The notes below the pieces were generated by a model that worked only from the letters and a program-made list of their open reading frames with translations, was not told the origin of the DNA and did not search any database. A stretch of DNA of 64,000 bases from Candidatus Methylacidiphilales bacterium (GTDB taxonomy: Bacteria > Verrucomicrobiota > Verrucomicrobiia > Methylacidiphilales > JANWVL01). Position 1 is the stretch's first letter; each line of letters begins with the position of its first letter. This document shows, in pieces, positions 8,912 to 19,040 of this stretch. The translations under genes were made by a program, and so were the position numbers. Location: NCBI GenBank assembly GCA_025056655.1, contig JANWVL010000110.1, positions 77,855-141,854 of the forward strand, read 5' to 3'.

Positions 8912-10906
8912 GTGAAGTCGCTCCCCCAACAAGTCAGTCAGCTCTTTGATCGCCACGGGCCCCTCTCGACGATCGAAAAATTTCAATACCGCCCTCAGCA
9001 AAAAACCATGGCCGAAGCCGTAGCAGAAGCACTCACAAAACGGCATCATCTCATCGTCGAAGCAGGCACAGGAGTCGGCAAAAGCTTTGCCTATCTCATC
9101 CCCGCCCTCCTCGAATCCCTCCAAAATAAACGCAAAGCCATCGTCAGCACGCACACCATCACTTTGCAAGAGCAACTCCACAAAAAAGACATTCCCCTAC
9201 TCTTCCACTTTTGGGGAGACAGCTTCCAAGCCGCCCTTCTTAAGGGGCGCCACAACTATCTCTGTCCCATTCGCCTCGAAAGAGCCTTGCGCCACGCCGA
9301 TTCCCTTTTTACCTCAGCAGAATATAACGAGCTCACTCGAATCCATCACTGGGCAGTCCACACTCAAGATGGCACGCTCTCAGACCTTGACCCACAGCCC
9401 GATCCTAAAATTTGGCAGCACATCTGCAGCGAAGCTTTTTTTTGCACGCCACAACGCTGCTCGCGATGTGGGAAATGTTTTTACCACCACGCCAAACGTC
9501 GAGCCACAGAAGCGCAACTTCTCATTCTCAACCACTCGCTCCTCTTCCTACTCCTAGCTGGAATCGAAGAAAACCTCGACTCAAACTCCTCCACCCAAGG
9601 TTACCTCTTCACAAACGACTTTCTCATTATCGACGAAGCACACACTCTTGAAAACGTCGCCACCCGACACCTCGGCTGGACTGTCAGTCGTCAAAGCCTC
9701 CGCGCCACACTCCATCGCCTTTTCAACCCTAAAACCCAAAAAGGACTGCTTCCCTTCCTCCGCTTGGCTGAGCCTATCGAGCTCGTCAAAAAAAATCTTC
9801 AATCCGCAGAAACCCTTTTTCACTCCATCGATAGTGCCCTTCAAAAGCAGACTGGAAACGAAATCCGCATCCATCATCCCGACTTCGTTCCCGATATCAT
9901 GCGTCTCCCACTCACCCAACTCATCGAATCCCTCCGCCTCCATGCCCAAGAAGAAAATGACGAAGACAACCAAGCCGATCTCAACCAATTCGTCCACCGC
10001 CTCCTCGCTCTCCGTGAAGGCATATCTCAATTCCTCGCTCACGACAAACCCGACCACCTCTATTGGATCGAGCGAGGACCAGCCTGGGACCAAGAAATCA
10101 AACTCAACGCAGCCCCTATTGAAATCGCACCTCTACTCTCTCGCCTACTCTTCAAGCCAGACCACACTACGATCTTAACCAGTGCCACCCTCGCACCCAC
10201 ACCACATAGCCTTGATTACTTCGTGCAACGCATCGGCGCACTCCATCACCGCACTCTCCAGCTCGGATCTCCATTCCATTTCGAGCAGCAAATGCGCATC
10301 TTCATCCCACGGCATATGCCAGACCCTTCCCAAGACAGCTACCAAGAAGCGCTCGCCGCATGGATTCGATATTTCACCGCGCAGACTCAAGGCCATGCAT
10401 TCGTGCTATTCACCAACCAACGGCTTATGCAAACCATAGCCGAAAAAACCGCACCATTCTTCGCTAAAAAAAATTGGCCATTCCTATGCCAAGGCACTGG
10501 TATGACCCGTGAGAAAATGCTCCAAACATTTAAAAAACAACCCCACAGCATCCTCTTCGGCCTAGACAGCTTCTGGCAGGGCGTAGATGTCCCAGGTGAA
10601 GCGCTTTCTAACGTGATCATCACACGGCTTCCATTTCCCGTCCCCGATCAACCCATCGTCCAAGCGCGATGCGAGATCATCGAAAACCGAGGCGGCAATC
10701 CATTCAGTGAATATTCTCTCCCCGAAGCCATCCTGAAATTCCGACAAGGAGTCGGCCGTCTCATCCGCAGCCACGAAGACCGCGGGATTGTCTGCATCCT
10801 CGATCCGCGCATCCTTTCGCGCCCCTATGGACGCGAATTCATCGCTGCCCTGCCCCAATGCCCAGTTGAAATTCTCGAAGACCAAATCCCCCTATCCCAT
10901 GACTAA
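8912..10906 (+). CDS. dinG: DinG/Rad3-family ATP-dependent DNA helicase (Fe-S type)
   Basis: 664 aa with a GTG start. It has Walker A EAGTGVGKSFAYLIPAL, a DEAH box (IIDEAHTLE), and a Cys cluster (C..CTPQRCSRCGKC) consistent with the Fe-S domain of XPD/DinG helicases. Confidence 0.85.
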   Translation: MKSLPQQVSQLFDRHGPLSTIEKFQYRPQQKTMAEAVAEALTKRHHLIVEAGTGVGKSFAYLIPALLESLQNKRKAIVSTHTITLQEQLHKKDIPLLFHFWGDSFQAALLKGRHNYLCPIRLERALRHADSLFTSAEYNELTRIHHWAVHTQDGTLSDLDPQPDPKIWQHICSEAFFCTPQRCSRCGKCFYHHAKRRATEAQLLILNHSLLFLLLAGIEENLDSNSSTQGYLFTNDFLIIDEAHTLENVATRHLGWTVSRQSLRATLHRLFNPKTQKGLLPFLRLAEPIELVKKNLQSAETLFHSIDSALQKQTGNEIRIHHPDFVPDIMRLPLTQLIESLRLHAQEENDEDNQADLNQFVHRLLALREGISQFLAHDKPDHLYWIERGPAWDQEIKLNAAPIEIAPLLSRLLFKPDHTTILTSATLAPTPHSLDYFVQRIGALHHRTLQLGSPFHFEQQMRIFIPRHMPDPSQDSYQEALAAWIRYFTAQTQGHAFVLFTNQRLMQTIAEKTAPFFAKKNWPFLCQGTGMTREKMLQTFKKQPHSILFGLDSFWQGVDVPGEALSNVIITRLPFPVPDQPIVQARCEIIENRGGNPFSEYSLPEAILKFRQGVGRLIRSHEDRGIVCILDPRILSRPYGREFIAALPQCPVEILEDQIPLSHD

Positions 10907-10970
10907 ACAATCGAAATTAAATAGAACTCGTCACCCCGTCCCCCTTGCATCAAAATAATTCTCCTAGGCA

Positions 10971-13178
10971 ATGTCAAACAGCACGCATCTTCTTAGTGCA
11001 CTCCTCATCTTCACACTACCCACCTTCGCTCAACTAAAGCCCACTGAGCACAAAACAAAACAAGAAAACCCGATCACCACCATCATTACAGCACACCAAA
11101 ATTTGCTCCTCCAAGACGACCACGCCACAGCAAAAGGTCACGCCCGCATCGAGCATGCCCGCACCATCCTCTGCGCCGATACCCTTCATTATGATTTTTC
11201 TCAACGCCACGCCCGCGCGATCGGCCAAATTCGTCTCTACACCGATGAATCAATCTATGCAGGGGACAAACTCGATTATTTTCAACACAACTCATCTCTC
11301 CGATCCGGCCCCTTTCGGTTCCTAAAAGACAACCTCTGCCTCCAAGGAGAATCTATAGAAACACTCCCCCTGTCCAACGACGCCTACTTCTACCGCATCC
11401 GCAACGGCACACTCTCCCTAGATAATTTCGAGACGCCCAGCTTCTACCTCAAAGCACGCCAGATCGATTACTACCCCCAACAACGCGTCGTCCTGCATCA
11501 CGTCACTCTCCATGCTGGCAAAGTCCCATTTTTCTGGTGGCCGATCTACAGCCAATCCCTTAAAAACTCCCAAAACAACCTCAACCTCGACCTTGGTCGC
11601 GACGCCCCCCAAGGCTTATTTCTCAAACCCCAATACGCCTACGCCTTCACTCCTGACCTCACTGGCCGCCTCCTCTTCGATCTCCGCTCTCGCCGCGGAT
11701 TGGCTGGTGGCGCTCGACTCGCATGGACACCCGATGAAGAACACTTCACCCATTTCAAAGCCTACTACGCCCAAGACAATGCCCCCGATTACAATCCCTA
11801 CGCCTTCCCTCGCTCCTCTACCAGCGCCTCTCGTCACCTTTTCTCCCTCCAACAACGCCTCACCCCTTGGCCATCCTTGACTCTCACCACCGACTTCAAC
11901 CGCTGGTCTGATCCCCACGTCACAGAAGATTTTTTCAAACGCCAGTTCCGCCTCCTGCCTCAACCTGACAACTTCGCCGAACTCCTCTTCACCCACTCCG
12001 ACTACACCCTCTCCTTCCTCAACCGTATCGCCATAAATCCCTTTTTTGAAACACGAGAGCGCACCCCGGAGCTTCGTCTCGACCTCAAGCGCCGCCCGCT
12101 TTTCTCCACAGGCTTCAACTATGAAAGTCAATCCTCGATTGCTCATCTCCAGTTTCACGCAGCTCGCGATCCACATCCGATGGGTGAAGATTACACAGCA
12201 TGGCGATTCGATACCCTTCACCAACTCACACGCCCCCTCACACTCTTCGGCTGGCTACATTTCACACCTCGAGTCGGCTTTCGCTTCACTCACTGGACGC
12301 GACTTACTCCCCTCGACTCTTCAGCCTCCCAAGCCCCCAATCCCGCTCGCCTCATGCCCATCCTCGCCGCGGATCTTTCCTTCAAGCTCCATCGCACATG
12401 GCGCGACTTTCAAAGCCCCGCCCTGCGCCTCGATGGCTTACGCCACCTCATCGAGCCCTCCCTCTCGATCCAATACATCCCCGCCACCACATTCGACACC
12501 ACCCCATACCGCCTCTGGGATCGACGCCTACCCGCACAACGCATCCCTCCCATCAACCTCCTCCACCACGCCTCCATCGATGACCACACGCAAGAGCTCC
12601 GCATCCTCCCTCGCCTCCACCAAAAATGGCAGACTCGCCGTGACGATCAGACCTTCACTTGGCTCGACTGGCACCTCTTCACCGAAATCAACCCCCTCCG
12701 CCAATTCAACGAAGAACGTCACCCCGATCGCCGCACCCTCGGCAACCTCCACAACCACCTCCGCTTCACCCCCTTCCCATGGCTACGCTTCGACTCCCTC
12801 ATCTCCCTCAACCTCGTCCACAACAACTACACCGAAACCCACCACTCCCTCACCTGGCAAATTCACCCCGCCTCCCAATTCTCAATCGCTCACCACAGCC
12901 TCCATCGTAGCCGCCTCTACCCCTCCAGCCACCTACTCACCCTCCGCACCTTTCATCGCATAAACGAAACCTGGCAACTTAGCACCGCCCACACCTTCGA
13001 AGCAAAAGATCAGCGACTCGAATCCTCCCGCATCACCCTCTACCGCGATTTCACCTCATGGCAACTCGCCCTCTCCTATCAATGCATCCCACACCGCGCC
13101 CGCTCCACCGAGCACGCCGTCTTCCTCGGATTCACCCTCAAAGCCTTTCCCGGAGAGACTTTAGAAGTCGGGCAATAA
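10971..13178 (+). CDS. lptD: LPS-assembly outer membrane protein LptD (OstA family)
   Basis: 735 aa with a signal peptide (LLSALLIFTLPTFAQ). It has an OstA-like N-domain (ITAHQNLLLQDDHATAKGHARIEHARTILCADTLHYD) followed by a long beta-barrel-like region. His/Thr/Pro-rich composition. Confidence 0.7.
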   Translation: MSNSTHLLSALLIFTLPTFAQLKPTEHKTKQENPITTIITAHQNLLLQDDHATAKGHARIEHARTILCADTLHYDFSQRHARAIGQIRLYTDESIYAGDKLDYFQHNSSLRSGPFRFLKDNLCLQGESIETLPLSNDAYFYRIRNGTLSLDNFETPSFYLKARQIDYYPQQRVVLHHVTLHAGKVPFFWWPIYSQSLKNSQNNLNLDLGRDAPQGLFLKPQYAYAFTPDLTGRLLFDLRSRRGLAGGARLAWTPDEEHFTHFKAYYAQDNAPDYNPYAFPRSSTSASRHLFSLQQRLTPWPSLTLTTDFNRWSDPHVTEDFFKRQFRLLPQPDNFAELLFTHSDYTLSFLNRIAINPFFETRERTPELRLDLKRRPLFSTGFNYESQSSIAHLQFHAARDPHPMGEDYTAWRFDTLHQLTRPLTLFGWLHFTPRVGFRFTHWTRLTPLDSSASQAPNPARLMPILAADLSFKLHRTWRDFQSPALRLDGLRHLIEPSLSIQYIPATTFDTTPYRLWDRRLPAQRIPPINLLHHASIDDHTQELRILPRLHQKWQTRRDDQTFTWLDWHLFTEINPLRQFNEERHPDRRTLGNLHNHLRFTPFPWLRFDSLISLNLVHNNYTETHHSLTWQIHPASQFSIAHHSLHRSRLYPSSHLLTLRTFHRINETWQLSTAHTFEAKDQRLESSRITLYRDFTSWQLALSYQCIPHRARSTEHAVFLGFTLKAFPGETLEVGQ

Positions 13179-13242
13179 CAACCCCCCTCTCCCCTCCCAC
13201 ATTTTTTGTTTGGAATTTCCAATTTTGCTGAGATAGTGCCTC

Positions 13243-14052
13243 ATGATGAAACTCAACACCCTCCTCTATCCCCTCATCGCACTCGCCGCCCTAGTCATAA
13301 CCACAGCCCAAGCCCAGCCCCAATCTGCACCAGAGCCCTCCTCACCCTCCTCACCTCCTGCCGATAATCCCAACAAACCCCAATCCCAAATCGACCGCGT
13401 CAGCTACACCCTCGGCTCCAACATCGGCAGAAACTTACGAATGCAAGGATTCGAACTCAACACCGACTTCTTCATGCGCGGACTCCAAGATGGACTGAAA
13501 CAAGGCGACCAATACCTCCTCACCCAAGACGAAATGCACGACACCATGATGCGCTTCCAACAAGAACTCCAAGAAAAACAAGCCAAACGCGAAAAAGAAC
13601 TCGCCGAGAAAAACGCCAAAGAAGCCAAAGAATTCCTCGCCCGCAACGCCAAACAAAAAGGCGTCAAAACCACCAAAAGCGGCCTCCAATACAAAATCCT
13701 CAAAGAAGGCCCACGCGGCGGCAAATCTCCCAAACTCAACCACTCCGTCACCGTCCACTACACCGGCCGACTCCTCGACAAAACCGTCTTCGATAGCTCC
13801 ATCGAGCGCGGCCAACCTGCCACCTTCCCCGTCAACGGCGTCATCAAAGGCTGGACTGAAGCCCTCCAAATGATGAAACCCGGCGACAAATGGGAACTCT
13901 ACATCCCCCCAGAACTCGCCTACGGCGAACAAGGCGCCGGAGGCAGAGTCCCCCCCAACGCCCTCCTCATCTTCGAAGTCGAGCTAATCTCCGTCTCCGA
14001 CCCCGCCGAGCCCCAACAACCCACCAACACTAGCGGCACACCAACCCAATAA
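13243..14052 (+). CDS. FKBP-type peptidyl-prolyl isomerase (Mip/FkpA-like, secreted)
   Basis: 269 aa with a signal peptide, a helical dimerisation region and an FKBP domain (VTVHYTGRLLDKTVFDSS....FPVNGVIKGWTEALQMMKPGDKWELYIPPELAYG). Confidence 0.9.
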   Translation: MMKLNTLLYPLIALAALVITTAQAQPQSAPEPSSPSSPPADNPNKPQSQIDRVSYTLGSNIGRNLRMQGFELNTDFFMRGLQDGLKQGDQYLLTQDEMHDTMMRFQQELQEKQAKREKELAEKNAKEAKEFLARNAKQKGVKTTKSGLQYKILKEGPRGGKSPKLNHSVTVHYTGRLLDKTVFDSSIERGQPATFPVNGVIKGWTEALQMMKPGDKWELYIPPELAYGEQGAGGRVPPNALLIFEVELISVSDPAEPQQPTNTSGTPTQ

Positions 14053-14218
14053 CCCACTCCACCCCGCTACACCCCCCAGAACCCAACAGGAAAGAAAGCA
14101 AAACCCAAAAAGCTTTCATTCCACCAAAAACCCCCCCCACACCTACAGCCACACATCTACCGCACACACCTTGATCCAAGACCCATAAACAATTATAAAA
14201 TCAGCCAACCAGCCTTCT

Positions 14219-15652
14219 ATGGCGTCATCAAAAACCCTGCCGGTATTACTCATAGTCGATGACGAAAAAGCCACCCGCGAAGGACTACGACAAGCCTTCG
14301 AAGAAGACTTCGACATCTACACCGCCCCCGACGTCAAATCAGCCCTCAACATCCTAGACGGCATAGAAGTCGACCTCCTGCTCACCGACCTCAGACTCGG
14401 CTCAGAAAGCGGAATGAAACTGCTCGAAAAAGCACAAACCCTCACCCCACGCCCCGCCTGCATCATGATGACCGCATACGGATCCGTAGATAACGCCGTA
14501 GAAGCCATGCGACGCGGCGCCTACGACTACGTCATGAAACCACTCGATATCGATCGCCTCAGCGTCATCCTCAAACGCGCCATCAAAGATACCAAGGCAG
14601 ACCCCACCCCACAACCCGACCCCAACACCCCCTCCTCCCAAAACGGAGACATCGCCTCACGCATCGTAGGAGAATCGCCAGCCTTAACTCAAATTCTCAA
14701 AAAAGCTCGCCAAGTCGCCGCCTCCCGTGCCACCGTCCTCATCGAAGGCGAAAGCGGCACCGGCAAAGAACTCATCGCCCGCGCCATCCACCAATGGAGC
14801 GCACGAAAAGATGGGCCCCTCGTCACCGTCCACTGCGCCGCGCTCTCACCGCAACTTTTGGAAAGTGAACTCTTCGGACACGAGCGAGGCGCCTTCACAG
14901 GCGCCATCGAGCGACGCATCGGGCGCTTCGAAGAAGCCAGCGGTGGAACACTCTTCCTCGACGAAATCGGTGAAATCGACGCCAGCACCCAAGTAAAACT
15001 CCTCAGAGCTTTAGGTGAACGGATCATCCAACGTGTAGGCGGCAACCAAGAAATCCCCGTCGACGTGCGCGTCGTCGCAGCCACCAACCGCAACCTCGAA
15101 GCCATGATGCAAGAGGGAAAATTTCGCGAAGATTTATTCTATCGACTCAGCGTCGTGCGACTCTACCTCCCCCCACTCCGCGAGCGAAAAGAAGACATCC
15201 CCCAGCTCGTCAAAGTTTTTCTAAGAGACTGCGCGCGAGAAAACGGAAAACCCACACCACGACTAGCCGATGGCGTAATCGACATCCTGATGCGCTACAA
15301 TTGGCCGGGAAATATCCGCGAACTACGCATGGCCATCGAACACGGAGTAGTCCTTGCCGAAGGCGGCGTATTGCGCACCCAAGACCTCCCCGAGCGCATC
15401 GTAGCCGGAGCTTCAGGCCTCCTGCAATACTTAGAAAATGGCAGCAAAGAGACCGTGCCACTCGGAAAAGAAGAAAGTCAAACCGCTTCCAGTAATCCGT
15501 TTTCCCTAGAGGAACAAGAACGTCGCTCAATCGCCCAAGCATTGCGCGCCTGTGGCGGCAATCGAACTCAAGCCGCTGAAAAACTCGGCATCAGCCGCCG
15601 CACCCTCTACCGCAAACTCAAAGAATACGGCTGGGACCTGGACAAAAGATAA
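14219..15652 (+). CDS. Sigma-54-dependent response regulator (NtrC family; REC + AAA+ + Fis-type HTH)
   Basis: 477 aa. It has a receiver domain (LLIVDDEK...LLLTDLRL), an AAA+ domain (GESGTGKE, ESELFGHERGAFTGA with the GAFTGA motif), and a C-terminal HTH (AAEKLGISRRTLYRKLKEYG). Confidence 0.9.
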   Translation: MASSKTLPVLLIVDDEKATREGLRQAFEEDFDIYTAPDVKSALNILDGIEVDLLLTDLRLGSESGMKLLEKAQTLTPRPACIMMTAYGSVDNAVEAMRRGAYDYVMKPLDIDRLSVILKRAIKDTKADPTPQPDPNTPSSQNGDIASRIVGESPALTQILKKARQVAASRATVLIEGESGTGKELIARAIHQWSARKDGPLVTVHCAALSPQLLESELFGHERGAFTGAIERRIGRFEEASGGTLFLDEIGEIDASTQVKLLRALGERIIQRVGGNQEIPVDVRVVAATNRNLEAMMQEGKFREDLFYRLSVVRLYLPPLRERKEDIPQLVKVFLRDCARENGKPTPRLADGVIDILMRYNWPGNIRELRMAIEHGVVLAEGGVLRTQDLPERIVAGASGLLQYLENGSKETVPLGKEESQTASSNPFSLEEQERRSIAQALRACGGNRTQAAEKLGISRRTLYRKLKEYGWDLDKR

Positions 15653-15735
15653 AAAAACCAGCCACAAAAATAAAATTTGTCCGTTACCCGGCAAATAGGT
15701 AAACAACGCGCTCGAGCACAGAAAACGAAAAATTT

Positions 15736-17526
15736 ATGTCAGATATACAAAGTGCTGTTTATTCCCTAGACGCGGGCGGGATTCGACAGTGGCTCGTCAG
15801 AGTGACGTTCGCAGTAGTGGTTTTAGTGGTGGCGATTTTGTATCTCGTAACGCAATTTCGAGGACTAGCTCATGCGGAAGCCATGGATTACGCCCAAGTG
15901 GCGCGACAAATAGCAACAGGGCAGGGCTTTACGACAAAATTCATCAGGCCAGTGGCCCTTGCGCAGTTGCGAGAACGTCAAGCTCAAAAGGCGGGCATAC
16001 AACAGCCCCTGGGAACAGGAGCGGGGCTGAACCGACCTCTGGGCATGGATTTTCAGAAGATACCCGATACCATCAATGCGCCCCTGTATCCGTTGGTATT
16101 AGGCTTGTGGATGAAACTATGGCCCTGGGGTCTAGTCCACCCAGATAAATTCGAGGATCAAAATCAACTGCGCGAATACAAGCTGGATCGGTGGGTAGCG
16201 ATATTTGGAATGATGTGCGTGATGGTGACGGCGTTTTTGTTGTATTCGTGGGCCAAGCGAATGTTCGACATCCGAGTAGCCTACATCTCAGTGATTGTGT
16301 TTTTCGTGTCAGACCTCGTATGGGGGTTTTCAATTTCCGGATTGTCAACGAGTTTTTTGATGATGCTTTTTGTAGGTTTTTGTTGGTGCCTACACGAGGC
16401 TATTTTGGCTCAGGGTGAAGGGCGAAAAAATGCAATGTGGATCTGCCTTCTCGGCAGTGCTGTGTTGATGGGATTGATGTTGTTGACCCGTCTGACGATG
16501 GTGTGGGTGATGGTATCGTATATGCTGCTGGTGGGCTACATATTTCGCAAAGAAAAAGTGCTTTGGCCAATCGCTTGCGCGATTGTGGTGTTAATTTTGA
16601 CGCCCTGGCTAGTCAGGAATTATCAGTTGACAGGAAGTGTGATGGGAGCAAACGCATTCGCGGTAGGAGCAAATCATCCAGACTATCCCGGGACGACAAT
16701 CTATCGATCCTACATTCAGCTGCCGCCTTCTACGATCTGGACGAATGCCGCAAAACAGCTGCGGGAAGGCGTGCGCCATTATGTCACCCATTTTTTCGTC
16801 CTAACTGGTGGCTCTGTGGCAGCGATGTTTTTTGTCGTAGGATTAATGCACCCTTTCAAACGGGTGCGTGCCCAGGCGCTGCGTTGGTGGCTAGCTGGAG
16901 CTGTGATTTTACTGGCCATCGGTAGCAGCCTGGCGCTGCCTAATCCTAAAATGATCGATGAATATAATCAGATGGCTGTGTTGTTCCCAGCTATGATAGT
17001 GTTCGGAGGGGCATTCTTTTTTGTGTTGCTAGACCGGATTACAAATTATTTGCCGATTGTTCGTTACACAATCATTAGTCTTTATCTCGCAGCTAATTCC
17101 GGGGCATTTGTTATGACTCTTCTACCGCCCGGTGAGCCGCCGTATCGCTATCCGCCTTATTTTCCGCCGATCCTTCAATTCATGAGTCAATGGTTTCAAA
17201 AAAATGAAACCATCGCCAGCGATATTCCTTGGGCAACAGCGTGGTATACTCAGCGCTCCAGTGTATGGCTACCCAAGACGCTTGATGATTTTTATCGGAT
17301 CAACGATTTCGCTCAACCACTTGTCGCGATACTCTTCACACCACAGACCACCAATCTAGGATATCTCGATGTGGAAAAAGGGGAATACAAAGATTGGAAG
17401 ATGCTCATCCGACGTGAGAATACGCCGCCAGGATTCCCGTTGCAAAAGGCTACATTTCTTCCTCCCAACAAGGATGAATACATGCTCATCGCAGATCGAA
17501 TCCGTTGGGATGTGGAGGTAAGATGA
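15736..17526 (+). CDS. Large polytopic membrane protein, ArnT/PMT-like (GT-C fold) glycosyltransferase candidate
   Basis: 596 aa with more than 10 hydrophobic segments. The N-terminal AMDYAQVARQIATGQGFTT resembles the first periplasmic loop of GT39/GT83-type enzymes. No stronger motif was recognised. Confidence 0.4.
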   Translation: MSDIQSAVYSLDAGGIRQWLVRVTFAVVVLVVAILYLVTQFRGLAHAEAMDYAQVARQIATGQGFTTKFIRPVALAQLRERQAQKAGIQQPLGTGAGLNRPLGMDFQKIPDTINAPLYPLVLGLWMKLWPWGLVHPDKFEDQNQLREYKLDRWVAIFGMMCVMVTAFLLYSWAKRMFDIRVAYISVIVFFVSDLVWGFSISGLSTSFLMMLFVGFCWCLHEAILAQGEGRKNAMWICLLGSAVLMGLMLLTRLTMVWVMVSYMLLVGYIFRKEKVLWPIACAIVVLILTPWLVRNYQLTGSVMGANAFAVGANHPDYPGTTIYRSYIQLPPSTIWTNAAKQLREGVRHYVTHFFVLTGGSVAAMFFVVGLMHPFKRVRAQALRWWLAGAVILLAIGSSLALPNPKMIDEYNQMAVLFPAMIVFGGAFFFVLLDRITNYLPIVRYTIISLYLAANSGAFVMTLLPPGEPPYRYPPYFPPILQFMSQWFQKNETIASDIPWATAWYTQRSSVWLPKTLDDFYRINDFAQPLVAILFTPQTTNLGYLDVEKGEYKDWKMLIRRENTPPGFPLQKATFLPPNKDEYMLIADRIRWDVEVR

Positions 17527-17566
17527 ATCTATACGTAGTGGTGAAGATTAACTTCGACGCAATAGG

Positions 17567-17591
17567 TTGATTTAACCTAACGTTAAATCAA
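17567..17591. promoter_or_regulatory. Perfect 10-bp inverted repeat (ttgatttaac-ctaac-gttaaatcaa)
   Basis: Read directly from the sequence. It lies in the AT-rich intergenic region between the GT-C-like gene and the OM barrel gene. It could be a weak terminator hairpin or an operator. Confidence 0.4.
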
Positions 17592-17635
17592 AATACAGAA
17601 TCGTTAAAAAAATATCACAACTCTTTTGTTACTAA

Positions 17636-17660
17636 AAGCTTTAAAAATTTTTTAAAGCTT
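17636..17660. promoter_or_regulatory. Perfect 12-bp-arm palindrome aagctttaaaaa-t-tttttaaagctt
   Basis: Read directly from the sequence, ~53 nt upstream of the ATG at 17713. Candidate operator or cruciform site. Confidence 0.4.
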
Positions 17661-17712
17661 CACGAAAAAATAGTTGCCAATCACCCAAAAATATAGAAAA
17701 ATCAGCTCAACT

Positions 17713-18948
17713 ATGAAAAACATACTGACGATCATTGCTGGAGTCACCTTGTGCAACCTGACTGTCGCCTTCGCGGGAGCCCCCATTCCTCCGCCGAGCA
17801 CGATGCCGCCTACGCAGCAACCAGCCAGTTCTGCTCCAGCAGATCCACAAAAAAGACCATTCACTGTGACGGCGCTCATTCGTGGTGAATACGACGATAA
17901 CATCAACACCTCCAATTCAAACGAACAAAGCTCTTGGAAACTCATCGGCGAGCCCAGTATCATCTACAATAAAAAGGACGATAATACCAGCTACGCAGCT
18001 CGTTACACACTTTCCGCGGCGTATTATTTTGATCGCCCTGGAAACAAAGATGTGGATCTGAGCCATGAAATCTACGGCCGTATCAAGCATCAATTCTCCG
18101 ATCGAGTAGGGATAGATGTGCGCGATCGATTGCGCATTACACAAGAGCCGGCCATCCTAGACGCCCCAGGCTCAGTATTCATCCGCACAAACAACGATTA
18201 CATTTTTAATGCCTTTGATGCAGACCTCATGATCCAATGGACGCCTAAATTTGGGACGATCAGTGGATACGGTAACGATGTATGGGATTACGAGGATAAG
18301 GGAATATCTCGTTTCGAAGACCGCATGGTGCATAAAGGTAAACATGAGTTTCGCTTCCTAGTTGTTCCCACGACAACGCTCGTAGTGGGAGGTTTGATCG
18401 GCTATCATGATTACTGGAATGTGCGTCGGGATTTTGTAAACTATACGGGCATGGCAGGGGTCGATCATGACCTTACCCGCCAAGCAACGATCGGTCTTCG
18501 AGCGGGCATCACACATACGGATTTTATAGATGGAGGTAGCTACAATTCACCCTACGGACAGGTCCTCCTCAACATCGAGACCGGGGCTAATTCCTCGATC
18601 AATGCCAGCTACAGCCATACCATAGCCAGCACCTCCCTGAATACTTATTATGCTCGTGAAGCTGACACATTCACACTCGGTGGACGTTATCAATGGACGC
18701 CAAAGTTCTCCACACGAGTGCAAGGCATGGCAACCTTTGGTGAACACAAGCGACAGTTCGTTCTAGGCTTACCGACGATAACTAAGATCAGAGAAAACAT
18801 CTACGGGGTGGATGTCGGTATGAATTACGAAGTGAATAAAAACCTAGAGCTCGAAGCAGGCTACATTTACACTACAGTCGATTCAAATATCCAATTTAAC
18901 GAATACGACAGAAACCGTGTCTATTTCGGCGTGCGAGGAACTTATTAA
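17713..18948 (+). CDS. Putative outer-membrane beta-barrel protein of the polysaccharide export locus
   Basis: The ORF track starts at 17674, but MKNILTIIAGVTLCNLTVAFA (ATG at 17713) is a clean signal peptide. It has alternating beta-strand-like sequence and a C-terminal aromatic (..YFGVRGTY). It sits just upstream of the wzc/wza-like genes. Confidence 0.5.
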   Translation: MKNILTIIAGVTLCNLTVAFAGAPIPPPSTMPPTQQPASSAPADPQKRPFTVTALIRGEYDDNINTSNSNEQSSWKLIGEPSIIYNKKDDNTSYAARYTLSAAYYFDRPGNKDVDLSHEIYGRIKHQFSDRVGIDVRDRLRITQEPAILDAPGSVFIRTNNDYIFNAFDADLMIQWTPKFGTISGYGNDVWDYEDKGISRFEDRMVHKGKHEFRFLVVPTTTLVVGGLIGYHDYWNVRRDFVNYTGMAGVDHDLTRQATIGLRAGITHTDFIDGGSYNSPYGQVLLNIETGANSSINASYSHTIASTSLNTYYAREADTFTLGGRYQWTPKFSTRVQGMATFGEHKRQFVLGLPTITKIRENIYGVDVGMNYEVNKNLELEAGYIYTTVDSNIQFNEYDRNRVYFGVRGTY

Positions 18949-18959
18949 AGATCCAACCC

Positions 18960-18982
18960 GAATGCCACATCTCTCGGCATTC
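18960..18982 (+). terminator. Hairpin gaatgcc-acatctctc-ggcattc after the OM barrel gene
   Basis: 7-bp perfect stem read from the sequence, 12 nt after the stop codon. No clear U-tract follows. Confidence 0.35.
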
Positions 18983-18987
18983 AGCAG

Positions 18988-19013
18988 CTGGCAATCTTAA
19001 AAAAGATTGCCAG
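18988..19013 (+). terminator. Strong hairpin ctggcaatctt-aaaa-aagattgccag
   Basis: 11-bp perfect inverted repeat with a 4-nt loop, followed by A/T-rich ataaaataa. It lies between the OM barrel gene and the wzc-like gene. Terminator, attenuator or protein-binding palindrome. Confidence 0.45.
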
Positions 19014-19040
19014 ATAAAATAAGTAGTCCATAAAAGGCTC

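Noticed and set aside
12046-12963. 305-aa and 127-aa Ser/Pro/Thr-rich ORFs inside lptD.
   Set aside because: They are alternative frames of lptD on the C-rich sense strand. The compositional artefact is the same as above.
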